DNA from: Mytilus californianus
Taxonomy: Eukaryota
DNA: 64,000 nt
NCBI RefSeq assembly: GCF_021869535.1
Contig: NW_026262745.1
Span: 35,836,001-35,900,000, forward strand
Reading direction: 5' to 3'
The notes under the pieces were generated by a model. That model was given only the letters and a program-made list of their open reading frames with translations, did no database searches and was not told where the DNA came from. A program made the translations under genes and the position numbers. Positions 13,791 to 25,807 of the stretch are shown piece after piece. The number at the start of each line of letters is the position of its first letter. Positions within the stretch are counted from its first letter, which is position 1.

Positions 13791-15404
13791 TACACTTTTC
13801 ACAATAATATATTTTTGAACAAAACTGTAATAATAGAGTAAACATGTACAGCACTAAAACTCTATCTCTGAGAAAATCATCTTGGAGAAAAAATGTTATT
13901 CTTTTAAATTAATCCTTCCACTCCAAATCTCTGATATATTTTCAACGTTATCATATATCGGACGTTTTTTATTTTCACTAATGACTATTTCAATATCTAC
14001 ATATTCTTAGATTTCCAAAATACGGTGTAAAATTCGCTTTTCATTTACCCTTCATTTTCTCACAAAAAATAAAAATTACAGTCAAACAAAATAATCCATC
14101 AATCTATGTAATATATAACATAAGTTATACACTTAAATTTGTACACGTATGCCTGATATATCTTTCACTTTAAAAAGGGTCAAAGTTGTTTCCTGGTATA
14201 AACAATGATATGAATCACATCTACACTGCCCGTAAAGTGTTAATCGAGAGAACTGTTGATTGACAGGCTAGTGATTTTCGGCATTAAACTGCTTAAGATA
14301 TTTTCTTACAGTTAACGTGATACTCAACTTTGATTAAGTAAAATAAATGTTGTACATGACGATTGTATTCCAGTTTTCATTTTAATGACAGGTTATATTG
14401 TAAAGCAAAATTTTGTCCTAAGAAACATTGTCACCCAAGACAATATTTTATGACTTTTTATCATTTTGTCCGAACCTATGATATAATGTCCAGAAAAGGA
14501 CAAATTTCCATATGCAAAATTGGTCATATACAGACAATATTTAATAGATGAATAAAATAAAATTTTCACAGTAAAATATTGCCATGAACAGTATTTCATA
14601 GTTCCATATTGTCTAGAAGGAGCTGAAAAAATTTCGTGGACAAGGACACTATTTCATAGTTAAATATGTTATATGAAATTTTGTCTGGTTATTTCATGTT
14701 ACAATATAACAAAGTGTTCTCTTTATAAACATAAATATACAATATCTACTGTCTTCTGTATATGACGTTAATCGTGCAACCAGCCATCTGACAATACTAA
14801 TACATGTATACAAATACTTGCAAGCGTATGCGATAATCTTACAATATTCAAAAGTCGTCTCCAGGTGCCATGTTGTTGTTATGAATGAAAGGCGGTATTC
14901 ACATAATTGTTTGCAAGCAGTCAATTTTGTGTTCCTTTCGCAATCCGCGTCCAAGTATTGCCAAACTCTTAAAATACCAAAGTCAACGACTGAATTATGC
15001 GCGTTACGTCTACACAAGACGCAGGACAGGATAAAAGTTCTGCAAGCCTCGTCCCTGTGTTTCTTTCTATTTCTAGAGCTTGTACAAATCCGACAATGCA
15101 CTTATAGTGTTTATGTATCCAATTGGTTTCAAGTCATTCCCAGTATATTGTTTTATACTGTATTTTTTATTCTATATATAACGACAGATGGATGAAGCAG
15201 GGAAAATTTGGACTGCCACTTAAATACAATTGCCAGTCGAAAAAAAACTAAAGTTACATATTCATATACCCAAGTCACCATTGATATAATATTTGCTTTG
15301 ATGTAAGGATACTTTTTTACTTTTGGTAAATTATTTATCCTTTTTTGCATGTTGATAAGTGCTCATCGAAAACAAAGTTTAACTATAATCGTGCAATGAA
15401 TGTA

Positions 15405-16038
15405 ACGTGAGGGTACCCAAATTGCACCTATTTTGACAGTTTTTTCACCTACGTTTATTTATGATCAATACAAAAGTTTCCATTCTGTGTTTATTTTATA
15501 GATGTATCCTTATTTACTATATAGTTACACCACTTTAATTTTTAATCCATCTTGAATCATAGAAAAATAGGTTTGAACCAACCTCCAAACGATCCATGAT
15601 TCTGTAATGAGGAGTACCCAAATTGCATCCATGCTTAAATTAACATCCTTTAAAAATCGAATAACAGATGTTTTGTTTTATTTCTTCAAATATTTAGAAC
15701 AATTTGACATAAGTTCATGTTTACTATTAATTTTTTAAGAAATGGATGCTTGTATATGATATTTTATTTGCTCATTTTTAAAAGATGACTTTTTGTTGAC
15801 GCCGCATGGCAACGTTCCGTAGATTTTACTTTTTCTTGTGAATACATCATCTCTTGGTATATACTGTGAACGTTTTGTGTACATTTAGATATATTTACCT
15901 ATGTCGAAAGACGTGTATAATGTCAAATCATGAAAATACAAATTGTTTAGTCTCAAGGAAAACTTGTAAGATTCCCGCTGCTATTTTTGCTGAATTGGTG
16001 CAATTTGGGTACTCGGTGCAATTTGGGTACTCTGACGT
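15405..16038. mobile_element. MITE with ~24-bp terminal inverted repeats
   Basis: ACGTGAGGGTACCCAAATTGCACC at 15405 versus reverse-complement GGTGCAATTTGGGTACTCTGACGT ending 16038 (22/24); extra internal copies at about 15612 and 15997-16014. Confidence 0.75.
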
Positions 16039-16855
16039 AAGCATGTGTAGGACATTTACTAGCTCGTTACCATATGATATCAGCATAGGAATAAAATATC
16101 GGTTGTGAATCGTTTTACCGATTACCCTTGTTTACATCGTGTTTAGTAGGTTACAACAATGGTTTTATTTCCCTGTCTATATTTCATAGGTAGAATTTAC
16201 AACTGGATTGTTTATTTGTGTATCTTTCAAATATGGTAAGTTTACTTTTTTGGAAAAGGGAACGTTTGATTTTAATCAGGAAAACTAAAAACTACCCAAG
16301 TTTGATGAAGTCTCTTTTCTCCTCTTTTCTTTTATTCAACTTTTGTTTTTCAATGAATTGTCCAAGTATGATTCTTTTTCTAATGTATGGGGTCATTTTT
16401 CGGTTTACATGTAACAATATTAATCTAAAGCTTTTAGATCTTTTTTCCCTGCCAAACTGTTCAGTAAATTCTTATTCTCTTTTCAAAATGCATGAGTTAT
16501 TTTTTTTATAAGATTTTTATAAATAATAATTGATATGGTTTAATATGTTGATCCGGTTTCTTTTCAAATACATTTGGTAATTATATACTGAATGTGTCAT
16601 GCGCTCTAGTATGGCATTACAAAGCTTTTAATACAATCTTCAGTTAAATGAACAAAGATACATTATCTAACATTCTTTTTAAAGTCGACCTTCTTCCAAG
16701 AACACAGTTTTGACTTGTAAAATAGTTTGAAATACATAGTCATAGCAGTACATCCTGAATAGTTTTGAGAAGCTTCGATGGAAATTACTTGTTTATATAT
16801 ATACATGGATATTCATATTTTCTAATAGTGTAGATAATGAAACCAGATCTCAATA

Positions 16856-17079
16856 ATGGATAGTGTGGATAATATGGAAGAAAAGTATGACCAAGCCAAT
16901 TGGAAAGGTTCTAAATCTGATGCCTTAGAAGATATTCATGACTTAAAAGAGAAATTGGAAAAAAACAATCATTTCGATACTGAAGTCAGTAACAAAAATG
17001 AAGTTCTTCGCAACGAGAATAAGAAGTTAAAGGAGGAAAGGGCAGTTTTAGTAAAGGAAAAAGATGAGGCTTTATCAAG
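16856..17079 (+). CDS. Mieap-domain protein, coding exon 1 (coiled coil)
   Basis: ATG at 16856; MDSVDNMEEK..LKEERAVLVKEKDEALSR; donor AG|GTTAAT (phase 2) matches exon 2. Confidence 0.8.
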
Positions 17080-17553
17080 GTTAATTATTGTATTGTGTCG
17101 TATAATAATATGTATTCTTTGAACGTGAGTGACGTTTGTTTGTCCTCAAAAAAGGTTACACCCCATTAGCGAGTATTTCTTGAGGTTTTTTTTTAAAGTA
17201 GAATAAGTAAATTATAAAATTTTGGGACTCATTTTAAAATTAAGAAATGCATTCCCGTCATGCAATGCTCTGATTCCTTGTCCGAATTTGGATTTACCTT
17301 TTGGTCTCTTTTGGTTTAACATGCTCTTCAATGTTTCCATTCTGATTTTGATTTTCAAATATTTTGACCTCGAGCATCGCAGAAGACAGAAATTGTCGAA
17401 ATGCGCATCTGGTGCAGAAAAAATGGTACCATTAACGTTATTACTTGAACATGGTAAAAGTCTATATGGTACATGTATCGTTTCGTCGTAGTCAATATCT
17501 CTTTGGATATATGTATAATAAAATCATCATAGATACCAGGCTCAAAATCTTGT

Positions 17554-17597
17554 ACGCCAGACGAGCGTTTCGTCTACATAAAACTCATCAGTGACGC
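17554..17597 (-). ncRNA. Type I hammerhead ribozyme (retrozyme family 1 fragment, about 17527-17655) in intron 1
   Basis: Minus strand GCGUCA CUGAUGA GUUU-UAUGU-AGAC GAAA C-GCUC-GUC UGGCGU: intact core, 6-bp stem I, 2-bp stem III. Confidence 0.8.
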
Positions 17598-17872
17598 CCG
17601 AATCAAAAAAGTTAAAAAGGCCAAATACAGTACGAAGTTGAAGAGCATTGAGAATATCCTAAACCTTAAATATTAATTGTAGATGTACAATTCCACTGTG
17701 TCTAAAGTATCCCGGCAAAAAATATTTCATCCCAATGGTATTTAATATCCAATAGGATGAAAGACCACCGAGAAAATGTAGGATTTACTTTTATTTATTT
17801 TTTATTTGTATGAATTTGTAGAATATACATACACAAATTACTATTTTCGATTGTGGAAAGTAATATTTTCTT

Positions 17873-18175
17873 CAACCGTTCCAGATTGAAAGAGAAATAA
17901 GAAAAAAATACACGTCAAAAAGATGACTAGAGTGAACATTACCTCGAATTTGTTGCACATTGTACGGAAAGAAACGTTCAAAAAGAAAGATCTATATATG
18001 GAGATTACAGAACAAGCTACTTTGAGCACCTCAATATTTGTATTTCTATGCATGGAACGAAAGAAATGGGCCATGTCAAAATGAAAGGACCCGGTTTTGT
18101 CAATATTGTTTATAATATAAAGACCCGGTTTTGTTTCGTTTTGAAACCACAAATTTATGAAAAGCAGCACGGATC
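17873..18175 (+). repeat. Left arm of ~300-bp inverted repeat pair in intron 1
   Basis: Reverse-complement similarity to 21425-21724 (e.g. AACCGTT.CAGATT..AAGAAAAAAATACACGTCAA and AAGAAATGGG.CATGTCAAAATG). Confidence 0.8.
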
Positions 18176-18403
18176 TGAACATATTCCGTCGAAAGAAATT
18201 TTATATACAAGTATATGATGGTGTGTTAAGATATATTTTCCTGGGAAAATAGGGAGTAAACACATTTTGCGTTATCAAAATGTTGCTATAAGCATACCTC
18301 ATTGCACTTAACTAAGAACTAAGTTGCAGTGGAATACAAATACTTCATAGCACTTACAATCAAATCTGGCATTTCAAGATGAAAATTGTTTGTATATACT
18401 AGT

Positions 18404-18925
18404 ATGAGGGTATAGATGGAGGGTCCTTCATTTCTAAAATTGAGAATGGAAATGGGGAATGTGTCAAAGAGACAACAACCCGACCATAGAACAGACAACA
18501 GCAGAAGGTCACCAACAGGTCTTCAATGCAGCGAGAAATTCCCGCACCCGGAGGCGTCCTTCAGCTGGCCCCTAAACAAATATATATACTAGTTCAGTGA
18601 TAATGAACTGTATTCTTTAATTTTTTAGGCCATTTTTCTCCATTTTTATACTTCTAGGCCGTTTTTCTCTATTGTTTATACTTCTTGGCCATAATTCTCT
18701 TTTCTTTATATTTTAGCACCTCATTATTCTCTATTCTTTATATTTTAGCACCTCATTATTCTCTATTTTTTATATTTTAGCACCTCATTATTCTCTATTC
18801 TTTATATTTTAGCACCTCATTATTCTCTATTCTTATTTTGTTGGTTCATTTTTCTCTATTCTTTATATTTTTTGCCCATTATTCTCTGTTTTGTAATCCC
18901 CCATCCACAACCTCTATTATGTAAT
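18404..18925. mobile_element. MITE-like element with internal 32-bp minisatellite, interrupted by a Naiad 3' fragment
   Basis: Imperfect inverted ends ATGAGGGTATAGATGGAGGG / CCCCCATCCACAACCTCTAT; 32-bp unit TATTTTAGCACCTCATTATTCTCTATTCTTTA at about 18709-18830 with degenerate flanking units. Confidence 0.6.
18437..18608 (-). mobile_element. 5'-truncated 3' end of the SECIS-bearing Naiad family (family B)
   Basis: Identical to 61943-62116 except for one AT-dinucleotide indel. Confidence 0.9.
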
Positions 18926-19289
18926 GAAGAATGTATCGAATCTGTATTGTAAACGCGCAATTGGCGCTCGAGGTTGTATCTTTTCTATGATAACCTCCAC
19001 TAGAATATGTAACCAAGCTTAGATAGCTTGGATTTTACGGGTATTTTGTTGGGATTTTGTTTTTTGTTTTGGGGGGGGGGGGGGGGGAGGGGGGGTGGAC
19101 GAGGGGATACATTTGGTCCAAAATTTACTATAGTTATAAGATCACGATTTCCAAAGAAAATATACTCGTATACCATATTGTTAAACATTTATAACGCCGT
19201 CCAAAATATTTCAAATGACAGGAATGTGCCACAATTGAGTGTGCAGATGAATCATTTCATGAGCTCATTCGTGATATCTAATGTGCTGT

Positions 19290-19710
19290 TACAGCTTAAA
19301 ACAACACCAACGTCACAATGACCAATGAACCATGAAAATGAAGTCAAGGTCAAATTAACGCTGCTAGAAAGACATGTGCACCATACACCAAATGAAGTTG
19401 ACCTATTACTTCAGTATCAGAGATACGGACTTGACAACGAAAATTAACCTTGACCACCGACTCATAAAATATGATCAAGGTAAGCTTAACCTGTCTGCCG
19501 GACAAGTAGAACTTGCAAGGACCCCATGTATCAAATATAGATATCCTATCAATCATAATAAGTGTGAAATTCACAAAAACAACTATGCATTTTTTGGGCA
19601 GTCGCACAACCATAAAAATGAGTTCAATAACAATGAACATAAGACAGACGAATTTCGTAACATAAGGGATGTGTATGCAAGATATACTTGTACATGTATT
19701 AACTTCTGAA
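19290..19710. mobile_element. Non-autonomous Helitron/HINE-like repeat fragment
   Basis: GAAGTCAAGGTCAAA and AACCTTGACC motifs shared with 30610-32370 and 24200-24360; class assigned by resemblance only. Confidence 0.35.
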
Positions 19711-21004
19711 ATAGAAGATTTATACAAATCGTTCAAGGGCCACCGAATTTGCATCCCTCGGTCTAGTAAAAAATACCAATGTTAATTTTGTGAAGAAACA
19801 TGATAATCCAATTCACATAACATCCAATTCGATAGATGTCTGAATTTTCTGGTTTCTTAATAAATTTAATGATGATATACGACATAGTTATATTATTTTA
19901 ACAATCATAAACCTGACCAACGTCACTTGCATCTAAAAAAAATTGCCAATGAACTAAAATCTTTACACAGTTTTATGTAACAGAACTGCTTATGTTTCCT
20001 GTATTAATTTAAGGTTCGAAGTTGCATTTTCTAGAGGGGCTGGGACTATTTTACTAACTTCTACTTAATTTAAGTATCATATGTACTTTTTTGTTTGTTT
20101 CAATACTTAACATATGTAGATAGTAATACACAGCCTTTCCCCTTGTACTCTTATATTTGACAATTTTGCACTTTTTAATAGAAAAGGGATTAATGCATAC
20201 AGTGCTAGCAATGATTTCCTTAATACAAATTTTTGAGTAAAGATATAAATTAAAACATGTACCTATATGGACATATTCAAGTACACCTTCTAGGGTGCGC
20301 TCGACTTTAGTGACTGCACGATGTTTTTTTTTTATTATGGTAAAGGTTGTTTATGAATTTTTGTAAGGAATAAACGCTAGAATAACATGGACAGACTAGT
20401 GAGTAATCTATGTTTAAAATGTTATAACGAAAATCTCTTTAAAAAAGTCTATGCATTTTCTGTAAAAATCTTTGCTTAATTTGCCAAAAAGTTCACATTT
20501 TCTATTAAATCCAATGAAACAATAAATAGCATTTGTATGAACGACGTTTCCCTTTGGTATATATATAAAATGGCACTTCTCTTCAGTATTTTTGCTGTTT
20601 TTTTGCATTATTGCAGTTTGAAAATTTTGTGATACACAGGCCTACAGAAGGGATCATAAACCTTAATAGTCCTAAAGTAGGGGAAGAAGATTTTTCAACG
20701 CATAATTTTTGTGATCCTTGGGCCGCATGTTTTTTTCAAGGGCAATTCTTCAAACATATATGTTCAATATTTTGTGTTCAAGATATTGATTTTCAAACTA
20801 TCATAGGAAAGATTATCCCCCTCCCCAAGGTCGAGTGGAAGATTTACATCCTGTTGTCCTAGAAAATCACATATCAAATGGGCGTCTTCAAATTGCCAGG
20901 CTGTACACTACCAAGTTTGAACATTAAAGTTTACAGAACTCACACCAAAAACCGTATAGAGAGTTGAGAAAATCAAATTGAGTTATACATTTTGTATTTG
21001 GATT

Positions 21005-21230
21005 TTGTCGTTAAAGAGTGGCGGAAATAACCAAAGGGATAGTCAAACTCATAAGTCGAAAACAAACTGACAAAAAAACCAACAAAAAACAAACGATAGT
21101 CTACAAAAAACGACATAGAAAGACAAAAGAATTATCAATGTAAACCAATAAAATCAACCGGCGGTAATATAAGGTTTTTCGGAAGGGTAAGCAGATCCTT
21201 CTACACATTTTTCACCCGTCGTGTTAAAAT
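21005..21230 (-). mobile_element. Interspersed repeat family D (probable PLE 3' end)
   Basis: GGAAGGGTAAGCAGATCCTTC..CACCCGTCGTGTT; diverged homolog on the + strand at 54480-54650. Confidence 0.5.
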
Positions 21231-21424
21231 TCATTTTCACACAATGCAAAATTAAATTATTTTTATTTTAGTAAAGCAGGAATTCAAGTGTTTATGGATT
21301 CAAATAGATCTAAATAATAATTTGTCCCCTTATAGAAATCGTTTTTGCAACGAGCTACTAATCGCCTTTTGAACGTCAGAATTTAATTCATATAATACTA
21401 GTATGCATTATTTGCAATGACGAA

Positions 21425-21724
21425 ACCGGATCCTGCTTTGTTGAATTTTAGGACAAAACGTACACATTGACAAACCCAGGTCCTTCCATTTTGACATGAC
21501 CCATTTCCTTCGTTCCATACATAAAAATATGGCGGTGGAAATAGTGGTTAAATAGTTGTTAATCTCGCAATCTTCATGTATATATCTTTCTTTCCGTACG
21601 TTTCTATCCGTACAATGAGCACAATTCCATGAAAAATTAAACAAATTCGAGGTAAGGTTCAATTTAGTCATCATGTTGACGTGTATTTTTTTTTTCTTAT
21701 TTTTCTTTTAATCTGAAACGGTTG
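21425..21724 (-). repeat. Right arm of ~300-bp inverted repeat pair in intron 1
   Basis: Inverted, diverged copy of 17873-18175. Confidence 0.8.
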
Positions 21725-22053
21725 TAACTTTTTAAAAGACTGTTATGAATTGATAGTATGTAAATAACAAATCAATTGAAAATTTGGCGGGATATGATCA
21801 GCTCTAGATTTTTATGCATTTAACAAAGGCACCTTGATTTTTTTTTAAAACTATGAACTGGATTTTATAAAATTTTCAAAACGGTCTCTTTAAACTATAT
21901 GTAATAAAATAATGAAAAGAAAAGTATGGGTTAGCGGGCAAAATTTTTATTGGCCCTGCATTAATAAACTAGAAGATTCCGAATATCTAAAAAAAAGTCT
22001 CAAAAAAATAATAGCGAACATCCTTTATGAGATCAGTTAATTGTTTTTTCTAG

Positions 22054-22264
22054 ACTAAGTAAATTGGCAGGTCAAAAGCTGACGGAAGGGAATCCAGCCA
22101 TTACTGATCTTGGTAATCCAAACAGGCCTGCAAAAATTGAGGAACGTTGGGCTTCTTTGTACACAGATGAATGGACAGATGTCTTTGAAGAAATCATTCA
22201 AAAGAACGAAAAAATGGAAAACAAAGATGAAACACCAGAGAAACAGCTATTAAACATAGTAGAT
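22054..22264 (+). CDS. Mieap-domain protein, coding exon 2
   Basis: Acceptor TTTTTTCTAG; (R)LSKLAGQKLTEGNPAITDLGNPNRPAKIEERWASLYTDEWTD is a motif typical of bivalve Mieap-domain proteins; donor GAT|GTAATT, phase 0. Confidence 0.88.
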
Positions 22265-22674
22265 GTAATTATAAGATTATTGTTACATCTTATCACTTTG
22301 AAATAAATATGAAAAGACCTTTCATAAAACGAAGAACTCCTATTATGGTATCATATCATATCATGCAATTTAGACAGTGAAAAAATCAAATATTTTTTTC
22401 GAATTTACTCTTTTTATTCTATATAATAAGTTAATACGGTATAGATTTTACTCATTGTTGCAGGCCTACGGTGACCTGTTATAGTTGCTCACATCCACGT
22501 CATTTTGACTGGTGGATAGTTGTCTCATTGTCAATCAAACCACATCTCCGTATTTTCATAATAATGATTTATCGAAGATTTTTTAAATGCATGAATATGT
22601 AAAGCAAACCCCCCCCCCCATTATTTGGATCACAGCCAAGGGAAACTTAATTTTTTTTCTTCATATTCTTTCAG

Positions 22675-22794
22675 TGGTGTTATAAGCAATGTACAAAAAT
22701 ATTCAATTCACAGACCACGTCAATGCATGAAAAAGTATGGGAACTCGTTGGCATACTTCATCTTCCTGGAGTGAAAGAAATAACACTCAAAAAG
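22675..22794 (+). CDS. Mieap-domain protein, coding exon 3
   Basis: Acceptor TTCTTTCAG; 120 nt open: WCYKQCTKIFNSQ..EITLKK; donor AAG|GTGAAT; phase 0-0. Confidence 0.8.
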
Positions 22795-24205
22795 GTGAAT
22801 TTCTATCGTCATTAATTCTTGATTATGTCTTTTAAACTGTAGATTGTTGAGAAGTCAATTGAGCAATTATGAATATTGTAATTGCTTTTGCAATTATCAA
22901 ATTTGCAATTTTCAAATGTCATTTGCAAAGATGTAGATCTATAAGTTTGTCCAGTCAATTTAAAATCATCGTGAAATAATCTATCATATTTTCCATGTAA
23001 TAATGTATGTGTAATGGACGTTTATTCACAACCACAGTTACACATGTTTGTAAAATAAAAAAAAAGTATCAAAAAGTGATGTCTAAAACCAAAACCAAAC
23101 GTTAAAAAACACTCGACATATCATCTTTGAAACAAAATAAAAGGCTTAAAATGTTATGGTGAACTTCGTCATATATCTTCTGTTCAACTTAAATTTGTGG
23201 AGGATAAGGCCGTATAAGGAGAAAAAGAGGCACTAGTAAAAAGAACTTTCGTAAGTGATATATGGCTGCGAGTATAATAATTCCGAACCAATCCTATTCG
23301 AGATCAAAACCATAATATGGCAATATAATTTGAAAAATGCATATCATAATTTACATGTTTTAAGCTGATGTGACCACTACTTCATTGTAAACTACTTTAA
23401 GCAAAAACTTAACCGGAGAATGTCCTGGTTTACACTATCACACTTCAATGTTCAGTGAACTGTGAAATTGGGATCAAAAGCGTCATTGCGCATATAAGTG
23501 CACACCATAAATAATATAATGAACATGCGTTCTAAGTTTTAAGTGGATGTGAGCAAAACTTCATGGTACACTTAGTCTACATTAAACAAATGCTATATCC
23601 GGGATGCATGGCGGATGCACAGACTGATTAAAGAGCGGACGCAAGCACAGGGCAGAACACACAATACGCTCTTCAATCGTAACAGGAGCATATGAAATGT
23701 CTCTGATGTGGTACGTTAGACCCAAGTCTGATTGCTGAACACTGTATGTTAAAATGTGCCAGTTCTCATCTGAAAACTATATTGATCACCCTAGCATATA
23801 CGTGCTATACAATTTAGACCAACAAACACAAAATTGGCGTCTCCTCTTTAATTCAGCGCGTATACATACAATGAATATCGGTCGCAACTATTATCTACAC
23901 ATAATATGTAGTCTGATGTTGATGCACATGTGGAAGTTGAATAGCAAAAGGTACAAAAACGTTGGTTTTTTTTCTCCTCACGACCTTGATTTTAACAAAT
24001 TTAAAAACATTTGAAATGTATTTGTGCTATAGTTACTTGGTTATAAACTTTTCAAATGATAATAGACCATATATCAATTATCATATCTCATAGACAAAAG
24101 ATAATAGACCACATACCAATTATCATATATCATAGTCAAAAGATAACAAAAAATAATGTTGAGGCTAAAGAAGCTAGCTTTCACTTTCTCGTGACCAACG
24201 ATGAA

Positions 24206-24312
24206 GGTCAAGGATAAATAGCACATGTTATGATATTTGCGACACTAACGTGCACGGTCAAGGATAAATAGCACATGTCCTGATATTTGCGACACTAACT
24301 TGCACGGTCAAG
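24206..24312. repeat. 50-bp tandem duplication (2.1 units) in intron 3
   Basis: GGTCAAGGATAAATAGCACATG..GCAC starts at 24206, 24256 and 24306; a separate ~42-bp duplication lies at 24058-24146. Confidence 0.9.
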
Positions 24313-24967
24313 ATTATTTGCAAGACAAGTACAAATATTTTACCTTGAGGTCAAATTCATATGGAAAAAAAGTGTGTGCTTTTTAGAAAAACATACAAAA
24401 AAGATGTAGCAACTATGCAGTTATTCTATGTTTGAGAAGATCTGAATTTCCAGAGAATAAAATTGTGTGCAAAAAAGGATTTTCCTTGTTGAAGCCATCA
24501 CACAGGGGTTTTCGGGGTCCAAACAATCACGGCAAAACGAATCGCACTTCATACCGCTAAAATTTAAGTCTACGTGTGAAAATGTCCCAAGTTCAAAACG
24601 AGTCATCATACATATCAAAGTTTACGATATGGACAGAGGAACTGACGAAAATAATACGATTACCACCTAGAGTACCTGAAATGAATTGTGCGCATTGCCC
24701 CAAATGGTAATGTTATTGGTTAGAAAACCCCAAATTAAGGTGCCAAAATGGAATACGACATTCATTGAAAATGAAATATTATCATAACGAAAAAAACATT
24801 TTCTGAGTTTTTGAACGTATTCAACTATAGATTTTCATTTTAATAGCACAAAAAAGAACATGCTGAACATTTTAGAATGTAATTATTATTGAAATAAAGT
24901 CTTACAAGCCATATATATAATAATTTTAATCGGTAATTATGAAAAGAATACTGTTTTTCATATATAG

Positions 24968-25099
24968 AATCAACGAATCAATGCATATGACCAGAAAGGG
25001 AAAGAAAATGCAGTTTTGATAGAATCAATTGAGTCATTTCTTCAGAATGCAAAAGAACAAAGACAATGTAGTTCTACATTGGTCGATTCAGTTAAGAAG
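24968..25099 (+). CDS. Mieap-domain protein, coding exon 4
   Basis: Acceptor TTTTTCATATATAG; 132 nt open: NQRINAYDQK..VDSVKK; donor AAG|GTATGA; phase 0-0. Confidence 0.75.
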
Positions 25100-25345
25100 G
25101 TATGAATTAAATTCTTAAAACAGCTTATTTTTGTTTTTACTGTGGTACAAACTGCAATAGAGACCATTTAACGAAAAGATGAAGTCAAAGATGCATTGAT
25201 TAATAATCTAGGTAATTCATTGGGAAAATAATTTGGTTTATTCGACATTTTTCATCGATTCACTCGTATGTTTTTGTATTTAATTGTTTCACCTTTTTTC
25301 TTCTTTCTCAAATTAATTTTATTTGTTTATTTGTTTGATCTTCAG

Positions 25346-25807
25346 AAATGTTCTGATGACTATGGCTCATTAAACCAAACAACATCGGGGAGTAAAAAAG
25401 ACTTCGTACGAAAATGTTCAGAATTGTGCTGGTATATGATTTCTTCAGATCCACCGATGGCTATTGAGTACGAAAATTTCAAAAATAAGTCCATGGATTC
25501 CAACAAATTCAACAAATATAACAGAACGGGAACTATTGTTGAATATGTTGTCTGGCCTGTTCTTCTCTTACACATTGATGGTCCCGTGTTAGCTAAAGGA
25601 ACGGTTCAGACTAATCATAAACCTAATTCCGAAAGAACTGCTGTAAGAAAGAAGTCTGTCGATAACGTCGTTGCACTTCCAGAAGCATGCAAATCAGTTT
25701 CTAGTGATGACGTCCATATTACAATTCCAAGCCAAAGCACCAGAAACAATGATACAAAAGATAATAATGTGCAAGATAAGTTGATTAGTGACAAAAATTG
25801 TTACTAG
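25346..25807 (+). CDS. Mieap-domain protein, last coding exon (Mieap/SPATA18-like C-terminal domain)
   Basis: Acceptor TCTTCAG; FVRKCSELCWYMISSDPPM..KYNRTGTIVEYVVWPVLLLHIDGPVLAKGTV matches the C..LCW.M...PP / Y.VWP / GP++.KG pattern; TAG at 25805-25807; spliced total 382 aa. Confidence 0.85.
   Translation, partial: KCSDDYGSLNQTTSGSKKDFVRKCSELCWYMISSDPPMAIEYENFKNKSMDSNKFNKYNRTGTIVEYVVWPVLLLHIDGPVLAKGTVQTNHKPNSERTAVRKKSVDNVVALPEACKSVSSDDVHITIPSQSTRNNDTKDNNVQDKLISDKNCY

Noticed and set aside
14694-15195. Overlapping 125-135 aa ORFs on both strands in a slightly GC-richer patch
   Set aside because: No recognisable motif or consistent splice structure; treated as chance ORFs, like most 60-130 aa ORFs in the track
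19071-19106. Long G tracts here and at 55839-55857 as G-quadruplex elements
   Set aside because: Simple homopolymers with unreliable length and no evidence of function
25161-25211. 51-nt AG..GT candidate exon in intron 4 of the Mieap-like gene
   Set aside because: Contains TGA and TAG in the required phase-0 frame, and exon 4 splices to the last exon in frame without it; at most a poison exon
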